DNA from: an uncultured Acidobacteriota bacterium
GTDB lineage: Bacteria; Acidobacteriota; Thermoanaerobaculia; Multivoradales; SZUA-115
Reading direction: 5' to 3'
Length of the DNA: 64,000 nt
Assembly (NCBI GenBank): GCA_963805975.1
Contig: CAWDVR010000002.1
Span: 1,125,955-1,189,954 of the forward strand
The notes below the pieces were generated by a model. That model did not search any database. It saw only the letters and a list, made by a program, of their open reading frames with translations, and was not told the DNA's origin. Of the stretch, positions 20,087-29,602 are shown piece after piece; position 1 is the stretch's first letter, and each line of letters opens with the position of its first letter. The translations under genes were made by a program, and so were the position numbers.

Positions 20087-21439
20087 TTGCCCCTCCTCGG
20101 GCTCGCGCGTCCTCGTGCGCAGGGGCTCCCCGCGGCCCTGCTCTCCGACTGCGACTTCAGGGACCCGGCCGAGGCCGGCTGGGGGGTGATCTTTTCCGCC
20201 CAGGCCGATCCCAAGGTTCGAGCGGCCCTCGCTCCATTGCTCGACCATCGCAAGGAACAGGTGACGCGTTCCAACGAGCGCCGATACCACGAGTTCTCGG
20301 GTGAGCTGGGCTACCAGAAGGGCGATACCAAAGCCAGGTTCCTCCATCGCCAGTGCGTGGGGCCCGGCGAGTTCGACGCCCTGCGCGTGCCCTACTACCT
20401 GCTCCTGGTGGGCGGACCGGAAGAGATCTCTTTCGGTTTTCAGGACAAGCTCGATCCCCGGTACGCCGTCGGCCGGCTCTGTTTCGATCGGGTGGAGGAC
20501 TACGCGCGCTACGCGGCCCACGTGGTCGCCACCGAGCAGGCGGCGAAGCTGCGCCCGTTACGCGCCACGGTCTTCGGGGTCGCCAACGCGGACGACCGCG
20601 CCATGGAGCTGACGTGCGAGTACCTGGCCAAGAGGGTCGCCACCAATCTCGCAGCCAAGGCCCAGGGCTTTGCAGTCGAGAAGGTGCTCGGGGTGGCCGC
20701 CACCAAGGACCGCCTGCGGCGCCTGCTGGGCGGCGATCAGACTCCCGACCTGCTCTTCACCACCTGCCACGGAATGGGTTTCGACGCCGGTGATCCGCGC
20801 CAGGAGATCGAGCAGGGCGGCCTCGTTTGCGCGGACTGGCCCGGTCCCTTGGCCTGGCAGAAGCCGCTCGACGCCAGGCACTACTTCACGGCGCGAGACG
20901 TGGGCGACGAGGCCCGCCTGGGTGGCTTGATCACCTTCCACTTCGCCTGCCACAGCGCCGGCACCCCGGATCACGACGCCTACGGCGAGCGCACGAACCA
21001 GAATCCCCGCCGCCTGGCGACCCGGCCCATGGTCGCCGGCTTGTGCAAGCGTCTTCTCGCTCACCCCGGCGGCGGCGCGCTGGCGGTGGTCGGCCACGTC
21101 GAGCGAACCTGGGGATACTCCTTCCTGTGGCAGGGCATCGGGCCGACTACGCAGGCCTTCGAGCGGACTCTCGAGAGCCTGCTCGCCGGCAACCCGGTCG
21201 GTTTCGCCATGGAGCCCTTCGCGGCCCGTGCTCACGACCTCGGCGAGGATCTGCGCGAGGAGGGAGACCCGGAGCGGGCGGCCATGCTGTGGACCGCGCT
21301 CCAGGACGCCCACAACTACATCATCCTGGGCGATCCGGCGGTGCGCCTGCCGGCACCGAAGCCGCCTCGGCTCCGGCCGCCCCCGGGGCCGTCGTCGCCG
21401 CTCTCGCGCCGGAAGCTCCAGTTCGGAGAAGCCGGTTGA
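20087..21439 (+). CDS. second caspase-fold (metacaspase/C14-like, clan CD) peptidase-like protein
   Basis: 450 aa. The putative dyad is LLFTTCHGMGFD (His) and LITFHFACHSAGTP (Cys), spaced ~63 aa apart; the metacaspase motif is D[AS]CHSG. The start is uncertain, since the track uses a TTG at 20087. Confidence 0.55.
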   Translation: MPLLGLARPRAQGLPAALLSDCDFRDPAEAGWGVIFSAQADPKVRAALAPLLDHRKEQVTRSNERRYHEFSGELGYQKGDTKARFLHRQCVGPGEFDALRVPYYLLLVGGPEEISFGFQDKLDPRYAVGRLCFDRVEDYARYAAHVVATEQAAKLRPLRATVFGVANADDRAMELTCEYLAKRVATNLAAKAQGFAVEKVLGVAATKDRLRRLLGGDQTPDLLFTTCHGMGFDAGDPRQEIEQGGLVCADWPGPLAWQKPLDARHYFTARDVGDEARLGGLITFHFACHSAGTPDHDAYGERTNQNPRRLATRPMVAGLCKRLLAHPGGGALAVVGHVERTWGYSFLWQGIGPTTQAFERTLESLLAGNPVGFAMEPFAARAHDLGEDLREEGDPERAAMLWTALQDAHNYIILGDPAVRLPAPKPPRLRPPPGPSSPLSRRKLQFGEAG

Positions 21440-21446
21440 CGACTGG

Positions 21447-22844
21447 CTACTGCAGATAGCCCAGCGCCCGCAGCCGGTCCTCCGCCTCCTTGCCCAGCAG
21501 CAGGCTCTTCTCCGAGGCCGCCGAGCCTTCGATCCTCACCAGCCGCTCGTAGAGCGCTCTCTGGAGACGCTCGAGCTCTGCGGGATGCCGAGCAGACAAG
21601 TCTTCGAGCTCGCCGGGGTCCGCGGCGAGGTCGAACAGGGCGAAGGTGCGGCGCGCCATGTCGTAGAGCAGCTTCGAGCGCCCGTCGGTGACGCTCCGCC
21701 ACTCGCCCTGCGAGCTGAAAGCGAGCCGCGGAGCGTCCTCACCGGGCGGGGCCTGGGAGCCGAGCCAGGGACGCAGGCTCTCGCCCGCGGGCGCCCAACC
21801 GCCCGACGCGCGGGCATCGAGCCCCGCCAGGTCGAGCAGCGTGGGTGCAAGATCGAGGTTCGAGACGGCCCCCTGCACGCGCCTGCCGGCCGCGCCGTGT
21901 GGAGTCCGGATCAGCAACGGCGTCCGGACCTGGGTGTCGAACGGCGCATGGCAGTGCTTCACATCGCCATGCTCGAGGAAGGCCTCGCCATGGTCGGACG
22001 CCAGGACGAGGACCGTGCCGCCCGCCGACCGGGAGCTCTCGAGCGCCGCCAGCAGGCGCGGCAGCTCGCTGTCGAAGTAGGCGATCTCCTCGTCGTAGAG
22101 GTCGACCAGGTGCTGTAGCTGGTCGGCGCTCACCGGCGACGGCTGGCCGTGCTTGTAGAGGGCGTCGGCGATCGGGTTGGGGTCGCCGGCGAGCACGAAA
22201 TCCGGCGCCTCGATGGGCAGCGCCCAGCGCCTGGGGTGCCGCTCCGGAGGCCGGTAGGGCCCGTGGGGCTCCATGAAGTGGAGGTAGAGGAAGTAGGGCG
22301 GCCCGAGGCCGGGCAACAGCGCTTCGAGGCGGCCGTTCACGCAGTCGGCCGACTGCCACAGGCACTGCTCGTCGAAGATCTCGAAGCCGCGGTCGAACCC
22401 CCCAGCCGGGTTGAAGCGGGTGGGAGACTTGCGCACCACGGGGCTCGCGGACACGGCGGCGGTCGTGTAGCCCGCGTCACGAAGCACCTCCGCCAGCGAC
22501 GGAACGGTCTCCGGGATGCCCAACCGCCCACCCTCCTGCCCCAGGAACACCAGGGGATCGCGTGAGGTGAGGAGGGAGTTGACGGAAGGAAACGTGCAGC
22601 TCGCCTGGGCGCGCGCCTGCTCGAAGAGCACCGCCTGCCGGGCGAGCGCATCGAAGTTCGGGCTGGTCTCTCGAGCGTAGCCGTAGGCGCTCAGGTGATC
22701 GGCGCGCAGCGTGTCGACCACCACCAGCACCAGGTTGGGCTTGGGCGCGGGAGAGGCGGGAGAAGGTGAGGGCGGCTCCCCGCCGCAACCCATCCAGGCG
22801 GCACCGGCGAGCCACCAGGAGAGCGAGCGCGCGAAACGCCGCAT
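21447..22844 (-). CDS. sulfatase-family lipoprotein (alkaline-phosphatase superfamily)
   Basis: 465 aa. The lipobox is LAGAAWMGC. LVLVVVDTLRADHLSAYGY is the sulfatase N-terminal metal-binding region. The candidate FGly motif SCTFPS is non-canonical. Confidence 0.75.
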   Translation of the reverse strand: MRRFARSLSWWLAGAAWMGCGGEPPSPSPASPAPKPNLVLVVVDTLRADHLSAYGYARETSPNFDALARQAVLFEQARAQASCTFPSVNSLLTSRDPLVFLGQEGGRLGIPETVPSLAEVLRDAGYTTAAVSASPVVRKSPTRFNPAGGFDRGFEIFDEQCLWQSADCVNGRLEALLPGLGPPYFLYLHFMEPHGPYRPPERHPRRWALPIEAPDFVLAGDPNPIADALYKHGQPSPVSADQLQHLVDLYDEEIAYFDSELPRLLAALESSRSAGGTVLVLASDHGEAFLEHGDVKHCHAPFDTQVRTPLLIRTPHGAAGRRVQGAVSNLDLAPTLLDLAGLDARASGGWAPAGESLRPWLGSQAPPGEDAPRLAFSSQGEWRSVTDGRSKLLYDMARRTFALFDLAADPGELEDLSARHPAELERLQRALYERLVRIEGSAASEKSLLLGKEAEDRLRALGYLQ

Positions 22845-22861
22845 CTCCTACCCGCCTCTCT

Positions 22862-23494
22862 CTACCCAGGGAGATGGACGAGAAGCTCGCGCCGCAGCAG
22901 GTCGGAGAGCTCGGCCAGGAGCTCGGGCCGCGGCGCGCCCTTCGCCGCCTCGACGATCAGGACATGCGGCATCTCGGGCGAGTCGCCGTAGGTCTCGTGG
23001 CGCTCGAGGCCGCGGAAGAAGTCGTGTTGGCTCTCGCCGTAGCGGCACCAGGCGAGGTCCCTGAACCCGCAGGCCTCGAGGGCCCGGGCCAGCATCTCGC
23101 GGTTCCACACGAACTGGTGCCCCCAGGCACGGAAGGCGCGGTTCATGCGGATCGCCATCTGCCGCTTCTCGTCCGGGTCGGCCTCCAGCCGGTAGTGCGT
23201 GAGCCACACCCAGTCGAGGTTCGGGGTCGAGAGGCGGATCCAGCCGCCGTCCGCGAGCACGCGGTGGGACTCGAGCAGGAAGGCGAGCGCCTTGTCCACC
23301 TCCAGGTGCTCGAGGAAGTGCTCGGCGAAGACCGCCTCGACGTTCTTGAACTTGAGGCCCCGGGTGACGTCGGCCACCACGTCCACGCCCGGCAGACGCT
23401 TCAGATCGACGTTGACCCAACCCTCGAGCCGCTTGTCCCCGGCCCCCACGTGGAGCTTCACCGGCTTGCCGCTGAACCAGCTCATGGCCGGCAA
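22862..23494 (-). CDS. class I SAM-dependent methyltransferase
   Basis: 210 aa. The SAM-binding motif I is KLHVGAGDKRLEGWVNVD. The track start is a TTG; an in-frame ATG lies 3 codons downstream. It is 17 bp upstream of the sulfatase gene on the same strand. Confidence 0.7.
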   Translation of the reverse strand: MPAMSWFSGKPVKLHVGAGDKRLEGWVNVDLKRLPGVDVVADVTRGLKFKNVEAVFAEHFLEHLEVDKALAFLLESHRVLADGGWIRLSTPNLDWVWLTHYRLEADPDEKRQMAIRMNRAFRAWGHQFVWNREMLARALEACGFRDLAWCRYGESQHDFFRGLERHETYGDSPEMPHVLIVEAAKGAPRPELLAELSDLLRRELLVHLPG

Positions 23495-23555
23495 CGATCC
23501 CCGTTCAAACCATAGATGTCAAGCCGGGCTCGTGGTCGTGATGTGCTCGGGCTCA

Positions 23556-23651
23556 CAGCCGGATGGATTCCCGCTTGCGCGGGAATGACCGCGACGAGAG
23601 CAGAGGCATCATAGGCTGTCGTTCCCGCGCAAGCGGGAATCCATCCGGCTG
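23556..23651. repeat. perfect 30-bp inverted repeat (arms 23556-23585 and 23622-23651) in the divergent promoter region
   Basis: Left arm cagccggatggattcccgcttgcgcgggaa, right arm ttcccgcgcaagcgggaatccatccggctg, separated by a 36-bp spacer. Each arm also holds an internal hairpin (ttcccgc..gcgggaa). The arm resembles type I-E CRISPR repeats, but there are only two inverted copies. Confidence 0.7.
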
Positions 23652-23679
23652 CCCTCGCAGAAGGTCCATCGCCCTCTAA

Positions 23680-25032
<1,353 letters not shown>

Positions 25033-25042
25033 GAGACCGGCA

Positions 25043-25420
25043 ATGCAGGCCAGTACCATCGCCGATCCGCGGCCCTTCCGGTCCCTCCTGACGGTGGCCG
25101 TGGCCGCTCTGCTCCTGCTGCTCGTCGCCTTCGGCGCCAAGGGCTACCAGGACCTCAAGAGCGCGCAGGCGCGGGAGCTCGAGCTCGAAGCCCGCATCGC
25201 CGAAAAAGAGGCGCGGATCGCCGAGCTCGAGCAGCGGGTCCACCGGCTGGGGGGCGACCCCGCGACCCTCGAGCGGCTGGCCCGCGAGGAGCTGTGGATG
25301 GCGCGGCCTGCCGACGTGGTGATCGTGCTGCCTCCCGAGCCCGGCGATGCGCCCCCTCTCGCGACCCGCGCGCTCCGCCGCTCGGCCCCCGCGAGCCTAC
25401 CGGCCCGTCCCAGCCTCTGA
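25043..25420 (+). CDS. ftsB: cell division protein FtsB/DivIC-like (septum formation initiator)
   Basis: About 125 aa. It has a TM helix (LLTVAVAALLLLLVAFGA) followed by a coiled coil (ELELEARIAEKEARIAELEQRV). It lies 10 bp after eno, a conserved pairing. Confidence 0.7.
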   Translation: MQASTIADPRPFRSLLTVAVAALLLLLVAFGAKGYQDLKSAQARELELEARIAEKEARIAELEQRVHRLGGDPATLERLAREELWMARPADVVIVLPPEPGDAPPLATRALRRSAPASLPARPSL

Positions 25421-25424
25421 GCTC

Positions 25425-25456
25425 CAGCGGCCGGCCGAGACTGAGCCCGGCCGCTG
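25425..25456 (+). terminator. candidate intrinsic terminator after ftsB
   Basis: Perfect 10-bp stem cagcggccgg / ccggccgctg with a 12-nt loop. It is followed by a T-richer tract (atttcctttct). Confidence 0.45.
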
Positions 25457-25502
25457 CCTTCGCAGGCCGCATTTCCTTTCTACAAAAATACAGGCAACGC
25501 TC

Positions 25503-25531
25503 TTGACACTCTGGCAGTGGTGCTATATACA
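25503..25531 (+). promoter_or_regulatory. near-consensus sigma70-type promoter (TTGACA-17 bp-TATACA) in an AT-rich pocket
   Basis: TTGACA at 25503-25508 and TATACA at 25526-25531. The local sequence is unusually AT-rich for this genome. It is oriented towards moaA, ~340 nt downstream. Confidence 0.4.
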
Positions 25532-25875
25532 GATATTGAAAAGCGACATTCCCGCTGGCGGCCCGTTACCAGGACGGTCGTGGCCCGGTTCCGCCGGCAA
25601 AGGCAGAGACACAGAGCACAGGCAAATGCACCATCTCAGGGACACAGCCGCTCCACCCAGCGCCGGCCTGGCCGGTGCCCCATCGTTCGCGGACCCCCTA
25701 CGCGGCCTCACGGCCGCGTCACTCGGATCGGCCGGCTGCGGCGTCCAGCCGCAGGGCGGCTAGCCGAGCCCACCTGCGCTGTGGCGGGCACGTCCCACCT
25801 GCCACAGCGCACTCCCCCTCCTCACCGACGGAAAGTTCAAGCCGGCGGCAAAAGGCCGCGCGCTATGATCGATCG

Positions 25876-26886
25876 GTGCCGGATGTCACGGACCGCCTGC
25901 GACGGCCGCTCCACGATCTGCGGATCTCGGTCACCGACCGCTGCAACTTCCGCTGCCCGTACTGCATGCCGCGAGAGGTCTTCGGCCCCGGATTCGAGTT
26001 CCTGCGCCGTGCCGAGCTCCTGACCTACGAAGAGATCCATCGCCTCGCCAGGGTCTTCGTCCGCCTGGGGGTGCGCAAGATCCGCCTCACGGGGGGCGAG
26101 CCCCTGGTGCGTCGCGATCTGCCCGAGCTGGTCGGGCTCCTCGCCGGCATCGAGGGCCTCGAGGACCTGACGCTCACCACCAACGGCACCCTCCTCGCTC
26201 CCCTGGCCGCGAAGCTGCGGGCGGCGGGGCTCGACCGCGTCACCATCAGCCTCGACTCGCTCGACGAGGCGGTCTTCCGCCGCATGAGCGACACCCACCT
26301 GCTGCCCGGCGAGGTGCTCGCCGGCATCGAGGCGGCGGCCGCCGCGGGCCTCGCGCCGATCAAGGTCAACACCGTGGTGGTGCGCGGCGTCAACGACCAC
26401 ACGATCGTCGACCTCGCCCGCCACTTCCAGGGCACGGGCGTCATCGTGCGCTTCATCGAGTACATGGACGTGGGCAACAGCAACCGCTGGTGCCTCGACC
26501 AGGTGGTGCCGGCGAGAGAGATCCTGGAGCGGATCGGCGCCGAGCTGCCGCTCGAGCCGATCGAGCCCAACTACCGGGGCGAGGTCGCCCGGCGCTGGCG
26601 CTACCGGGACGGGAGCGGCGAGATCGGCATCATCGCCTCGGTCACCGCCCCCTTCTGCGGCGACTGCAGCCGCGCCCGCCTGTCGTCGGACGGCAAGCTC
26701 TTCACCTGCCTGTTCGCGAGCCAGGGCCACGATCTGCGCGCCCTGGTCCGCGCCGGTCTGAGCGCGGCCGACCTCGAGCGCGAGGTGGCCGCGCTGTGGC
26801 GGGCGCGAGGCGACCGCTACTCCGAGATCCGCTCGGAGGCCACCTGGGAGCGGCAGAAGGTCGAGATGTCGCACATCGGGGGCTAG
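25876..26886 (+). CDS. moaA: GTP 3',8-cyclase MoaA (radical SAM)
   Basis: Start at the GTG at 25876. The radical-SAM cluster motif is ISVTDRCNFRCPYCMP, with the MoaA C-terminal Cys motif FCGDCSRARLSSDGKLFTCLF. The track ORF start at 25675 is rejected. Confidence 0.85.
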   Translation: MPDVTDRLRRPLHDLRISVTDRCNFRCPYCMPREVFGPGFEFLRRAELLTYEEIHRLARVFVRLGVRKIRLTGGEPLVRRDLPELVGLLAGIEGLEDLTLTTNGTLLAPLAAKLRAAGLDRVTISLDSLDEAVFRRMSDTHLLPGEVLAGIEAAAAAGLAPIKVNTVVVRGVNDHTIVDLARHFQGTGVIVRFIEYMDVGNSNRWCLDQVVPAREILERIGAELPLEPIEPNYRGEVARRWRYRDGSGEIGIIASVTAPFCGDCSRARLSSDGKLFTCLFASQGHDLRALVRAGLSAADLEREVAALWRARGDRYSEIRSEATWERQKVEMSHIGG

Positions 26887-26889
26887 AAG

Positions 26890-27741
26890 ATGCGCCGGCT
26901 CTCCCCCATCGCGCTGGTGCTCGCCGCCCTGTTCGGTGCCCCGGCGGCAGAGGCCGCGGGCGCGCCCGCGGCGCTCACCGCGGCGCCGGGCACGGTGGTG
27001 CGCTGGCCGGGCGCCGGCATCGAGCGCTGCGGCATGGGGGGCGAGGAGTGGGTACCGATCGCCGGCGCCTGCTGGTACGCGATCGACCTGCTGACCCCGC
27101 CGGGGCCGCTCGAGCTCTCGCGGCGGCGCGAGGGCGGGCGCGAGAAGGCGGTGGTGACGGTCGGCAAGTACCCCTACGAGACGCAGTCGCTCCAGGTGGA
27201 CGACCGCCAGGTGCACCTCTCGCCGGCCGACCTGGCGCGGAGCGAACGGGAGTCCGCGGCCGTGGGCAAGCTCTGGGGCCGGCGGGGCGAGCCCCGCTTC
27301 GCGCTGCCGCTCGGCGCCCCGCTCGCCCGCCTGCCCGAGAGCGCGCGCTTCGGGGCCCGGCGCGTGTTCAACGGCGAGACGCGGAGCCCGCACAGCGGCG
27401 CCGACTACAAGGCCGCCACGGGCACGCCGGTGATGGCCGTCGCCGACGCCACCGTGGCGCTCGCCGCCGACCACTTCTTCTCGGGCGGCAGCGTCTTCCT
27501 GGACCACGGCGACGGCCTCTTCAGCATGTACTTCCATCTGAGCAAGATCGACGTCAAAGCGGGCGCCGAGGTGCGGCGCGGGCAAAAGATCGGCGAGGTC
27601 GGCTCGACCGGCCGCGCCACCGGCCCCCACCTCCACTTCGGGCTGCGCTGGCGCGGCGCCCGCATCGATCCCACGCTGCTCCTGGGCGATCCCGCGAGAG
27701 TGAGCGCGATCGGCCCCTCATCCCAGCCCTCTCCCCGCTGA
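26890..27741 (+). CDS. M23-family (LytM) peptidase
   Basis: 283 aa with a signal peptide. The motifs are [23 protein letters not shown] and [15 protein letters not shown]. Confidence 0.85.
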   Translation: MRRLSPIALVLAALFGAPAAEAAGAPAALTAAPGTVVRWPGAGIERCGMGGEEWVPIAGACWYAIDLLTPPGPLELSRRREGGREKAVVTVGKYPYETQSLQVDDRQVHLSPADLARSERESAAVGKLWGRRGEPRFALPLGAPLARLPESARFGARRVFNGETRSPHSGADYKAATGTPVMAVADATVALAADHFFSGGSVFLDHGDGLFSMYFHLSKIDVKAGAEVRRGQKIGEVGSTGRATGPHLHFGLRWRGARIDPTLLLGDPARVSAIGPSSQPSPR

Positions 27742-27764
27742 GCCGGGCAAGGCGGCCAGCTCTC

Positions 27765-28226
27765 GTGTCAGAAGTTCTCCGCAAGAAGCTCCTGCCGCGC
27801 ATCGGCTGGCGCGAATGGGTGGCTCTGCCGCGGCTCGGCGTGCCGTACGTCAAGGCCAAGGTGGACACCGGCGCCCGCAGCTCCGCCCTCCACGCCTCCG
27901 ACGTGCGACCTGTGCAGCGCGACGGCGAGCCCTGGGTGCAGTTCCGCATCCAGCCCTTGCAGCGCGAGGCGCGGTTGTCGGTGCTGGTGGAGGCGCCGCT
28001 CGTCGACGAGCGCTGGGTGCGCTCCTCCACCGGCCGGCCCACCCTGCGGCCGGTGATCAAGACCACGATCACCCTCGGCGGGCGGAGCTGGCCGATCGAG
28101 ATCACGCTGGTGCGGCGCGACCTGATGGGATTTCGTATGCTCCTCGGCCGGCAGGCGATCCGGAACCGCTTCCTGGTTCACCCCGGCCGCTCGTTTCTTG
28201 CCGGCGGCATGCCCCCATCCCTCTGA
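27765..28226 (+). CDS. retropepsin-like DUF785 protein (RimK-associated putative aspartic protease)
   Basis: 153 aa with a GTG start. [13 protein letters not shown] contains a DTG-type motif. It sits immediately upstream of rimK, as in rimK loci. The long upstream track ORF 26490..28226 is rejected. Confidence 0.6.
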   Translation: MSEVLRKKLLPRIGWREWVALPRLGVPYVKAKVDTGARSSALHASDVRPVQRDGEPWVQFRIQPLQREARLSVLVEAPLVDERWVRSSTGRPTLRPVIKTTITLGGRSWPIEITLVRRDLMGFRMLLGRQAIRNRFLVHPGRSFLAGGMPPSL

Positions 28227-28237
28227 GGAGCTCCATC

Positions 28238-29143
28238 ATGAAGATCGGCATCCTGTCGCGCGATCCCGCTCTCTACTCCACCTCCCGCCTGCGCGAGGCC
28301 GGCGAGGCGCGCGGCCACGAGGTCGAGGTGGTCGACTACCTGCGCTGCTACATGAACATCACCTCGCGCGAGCCGGCGGTGATCTACCGCGGCCGGCGCC
28401 TCCGCTTCGACGCCGTGATCCCCCGGATCGGCGCCACCCACACTTTCTACGGCACGGCCGTGGTGCGGCAGTTCGAGGTGATGGGCGTGTATCTCGGCCA
28501 ACGAGTCGCAGGCCATCACCCGCTCGCGCGACAAGCTGCGCTCGCTGCAGCTCCTCTCCCGGGCCGGCATCGGCCTGCCGGTCACCGGCTTCGCCCACTC
28601 GACCAAGGACATCGACGACCTGATCGAGAGCGTGGGCGGGCCGCCGCTGATCATCAAGCTGCTCGAGGGCACGCAGGGCATCGGCGTGGTGCTCGCCGAG
28701 ACCAAGCAGGCCGCGGAGTCGGTGATCGCCGCCTTCCGCCAGCTCGACGCCAACATCCTCGTCCAGGAGTTCATCAAGGAGGCCGGCGGCGCCGACATCC
28801 GCGCCTTCGTGGTCGGCGGCAAGGTGGTCGCCGCCATGAAGCGGCAGGCGCCGCCCGGCGAGTTCCGCTCGAACCTCCACCGCGGCGGCACTGCCGAGAA
28901 GGTGAAGCTCACCCCCGAGGAGCGCTCGATCGCCGTGCGCGCGGCGAAGACCCTGGGGCTCAACGTCGCCGGCGTCGACCTGCTGCGCTCGAACCACGGC
29001 CCGGTGGTGATGGAGGTCAACTCGAGCGCCCGGCCTCGAAGGGCATCGAGCGCGCCACGGGGATCGACGTCGCGGCCAAGGTGATCGCGCTGCTCGAAAA
29101 GAGCACCCTGCCGGGCAGCACCCAGCCCCGCGTGCAGGGTTAG
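28238..29143 (+). pseudogene. rimK: rimK (ribosomal protein S6 glutamate ligase, ATP-grasp) interrupted by three +1 frameshifts
   Basis: The GAGGAG RBS and ATG are at 28238. Residues 1-88 read in frame A (MKIGILSRD...FEVMGVY). The RimK alignment then continues in a second frame from ~28500 ([19 protein letters not shown]...[25 protein letters not shown]...VMEVNSS). It continues in a third frame for PGLEG at 29029-29043, and returns to frame A for [15 protein letters not shown]. Each shift is a single extra G/C in a G/C run, at ~28497, ~29028 and ~29043. Confidence 0.65.
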
Positions 29144-29338
29144 TCGCTGCCGTAACGTTAGCTCGACCCACCGGCCTATCCCTCGTGCGCTCGCCGGACG
29201 AGCGACGCGCGAACGCTCCAAGAGCATGTCCGTGCTCAAGAGAAGGTTACTGGAAATGAAGCATTGCGCGGCCCGTGACGGAGCAAAAAATCGAGATAGG
29301 GTTCAGGGTTCGGGACCGGCAAGCAAGGAGAGAAAGCC

Positions 29339-29602
29339 ATGGACACGACTGAGATCCGCGCCAAGATCAAGCAGATCATTGCCAACGTCACCAACATCGA
29401 TCCCACGAGGATCGGCGATCGCGACTCGTTCATCGACGACCTGAACCTCGACTCGCTGTCGCTGCTCGAGATCGGCGTCGACGTGGACTACAACTTCAAG
29501 CTCAACCTGCCCGAAGACCGCATGCGCGAGCTGCGCACGGTGGAGGACACCACCAACCTGGTGCTGTCGCGGCAGCGCGAGCTGGCGGAGGTCGCCTCCT
29601 GA
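29339..29602 (+). CDS. acyl carrier protein
   Basis: 87 aa with an AAGGAGAG RBS. The phosphopantetheine site is DDLNLDSLSLLEIG (DSL motif). Confidence 0.85.
   Translation: MDTTEIRAKIKQIIANVTNIDPTRIGDRDSFIDDLNLDSLSLLEIGVDVDYNFKLNLPEDRMRELRTVEDTTNLVLSRQRELAEVAS

Noticed and set aside
19954-20304. 116-aa ORF upstream of, and overlapping, the caspase-like gene
   Set aside because: It is low complexity (Pro/Arg/Gly), has no RBS, and overlaps the better-supported caspase-fold frame.
23556-23651. CRISPR array
   Set aside because: The arms resemble a type I-E repeat, but there are only two copies in inverted orientation (a hairpin). There are no spacer series and no cas genes.
25517-26023. 168-aa ORF in the moaA leader
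   Set aside because: It is Arg/Pro-rich low complexity and overlaps the moaA start in another frame. The region is more likely a non-coding leader.
26490-28226. 578-aa ORF
   Set aside because: Only the last 153 codons (DUF785-like) are real. The upstream part is an out-of-frame read-through across moaA and the M23 peptidase gene.
28238-29143. Programmed ribosomal frameshifting in rimK
   Set aside because: There are three separate +1 events with no slippery heptamers or stimulatory structures. Mutation or sequencing error is more plausible.
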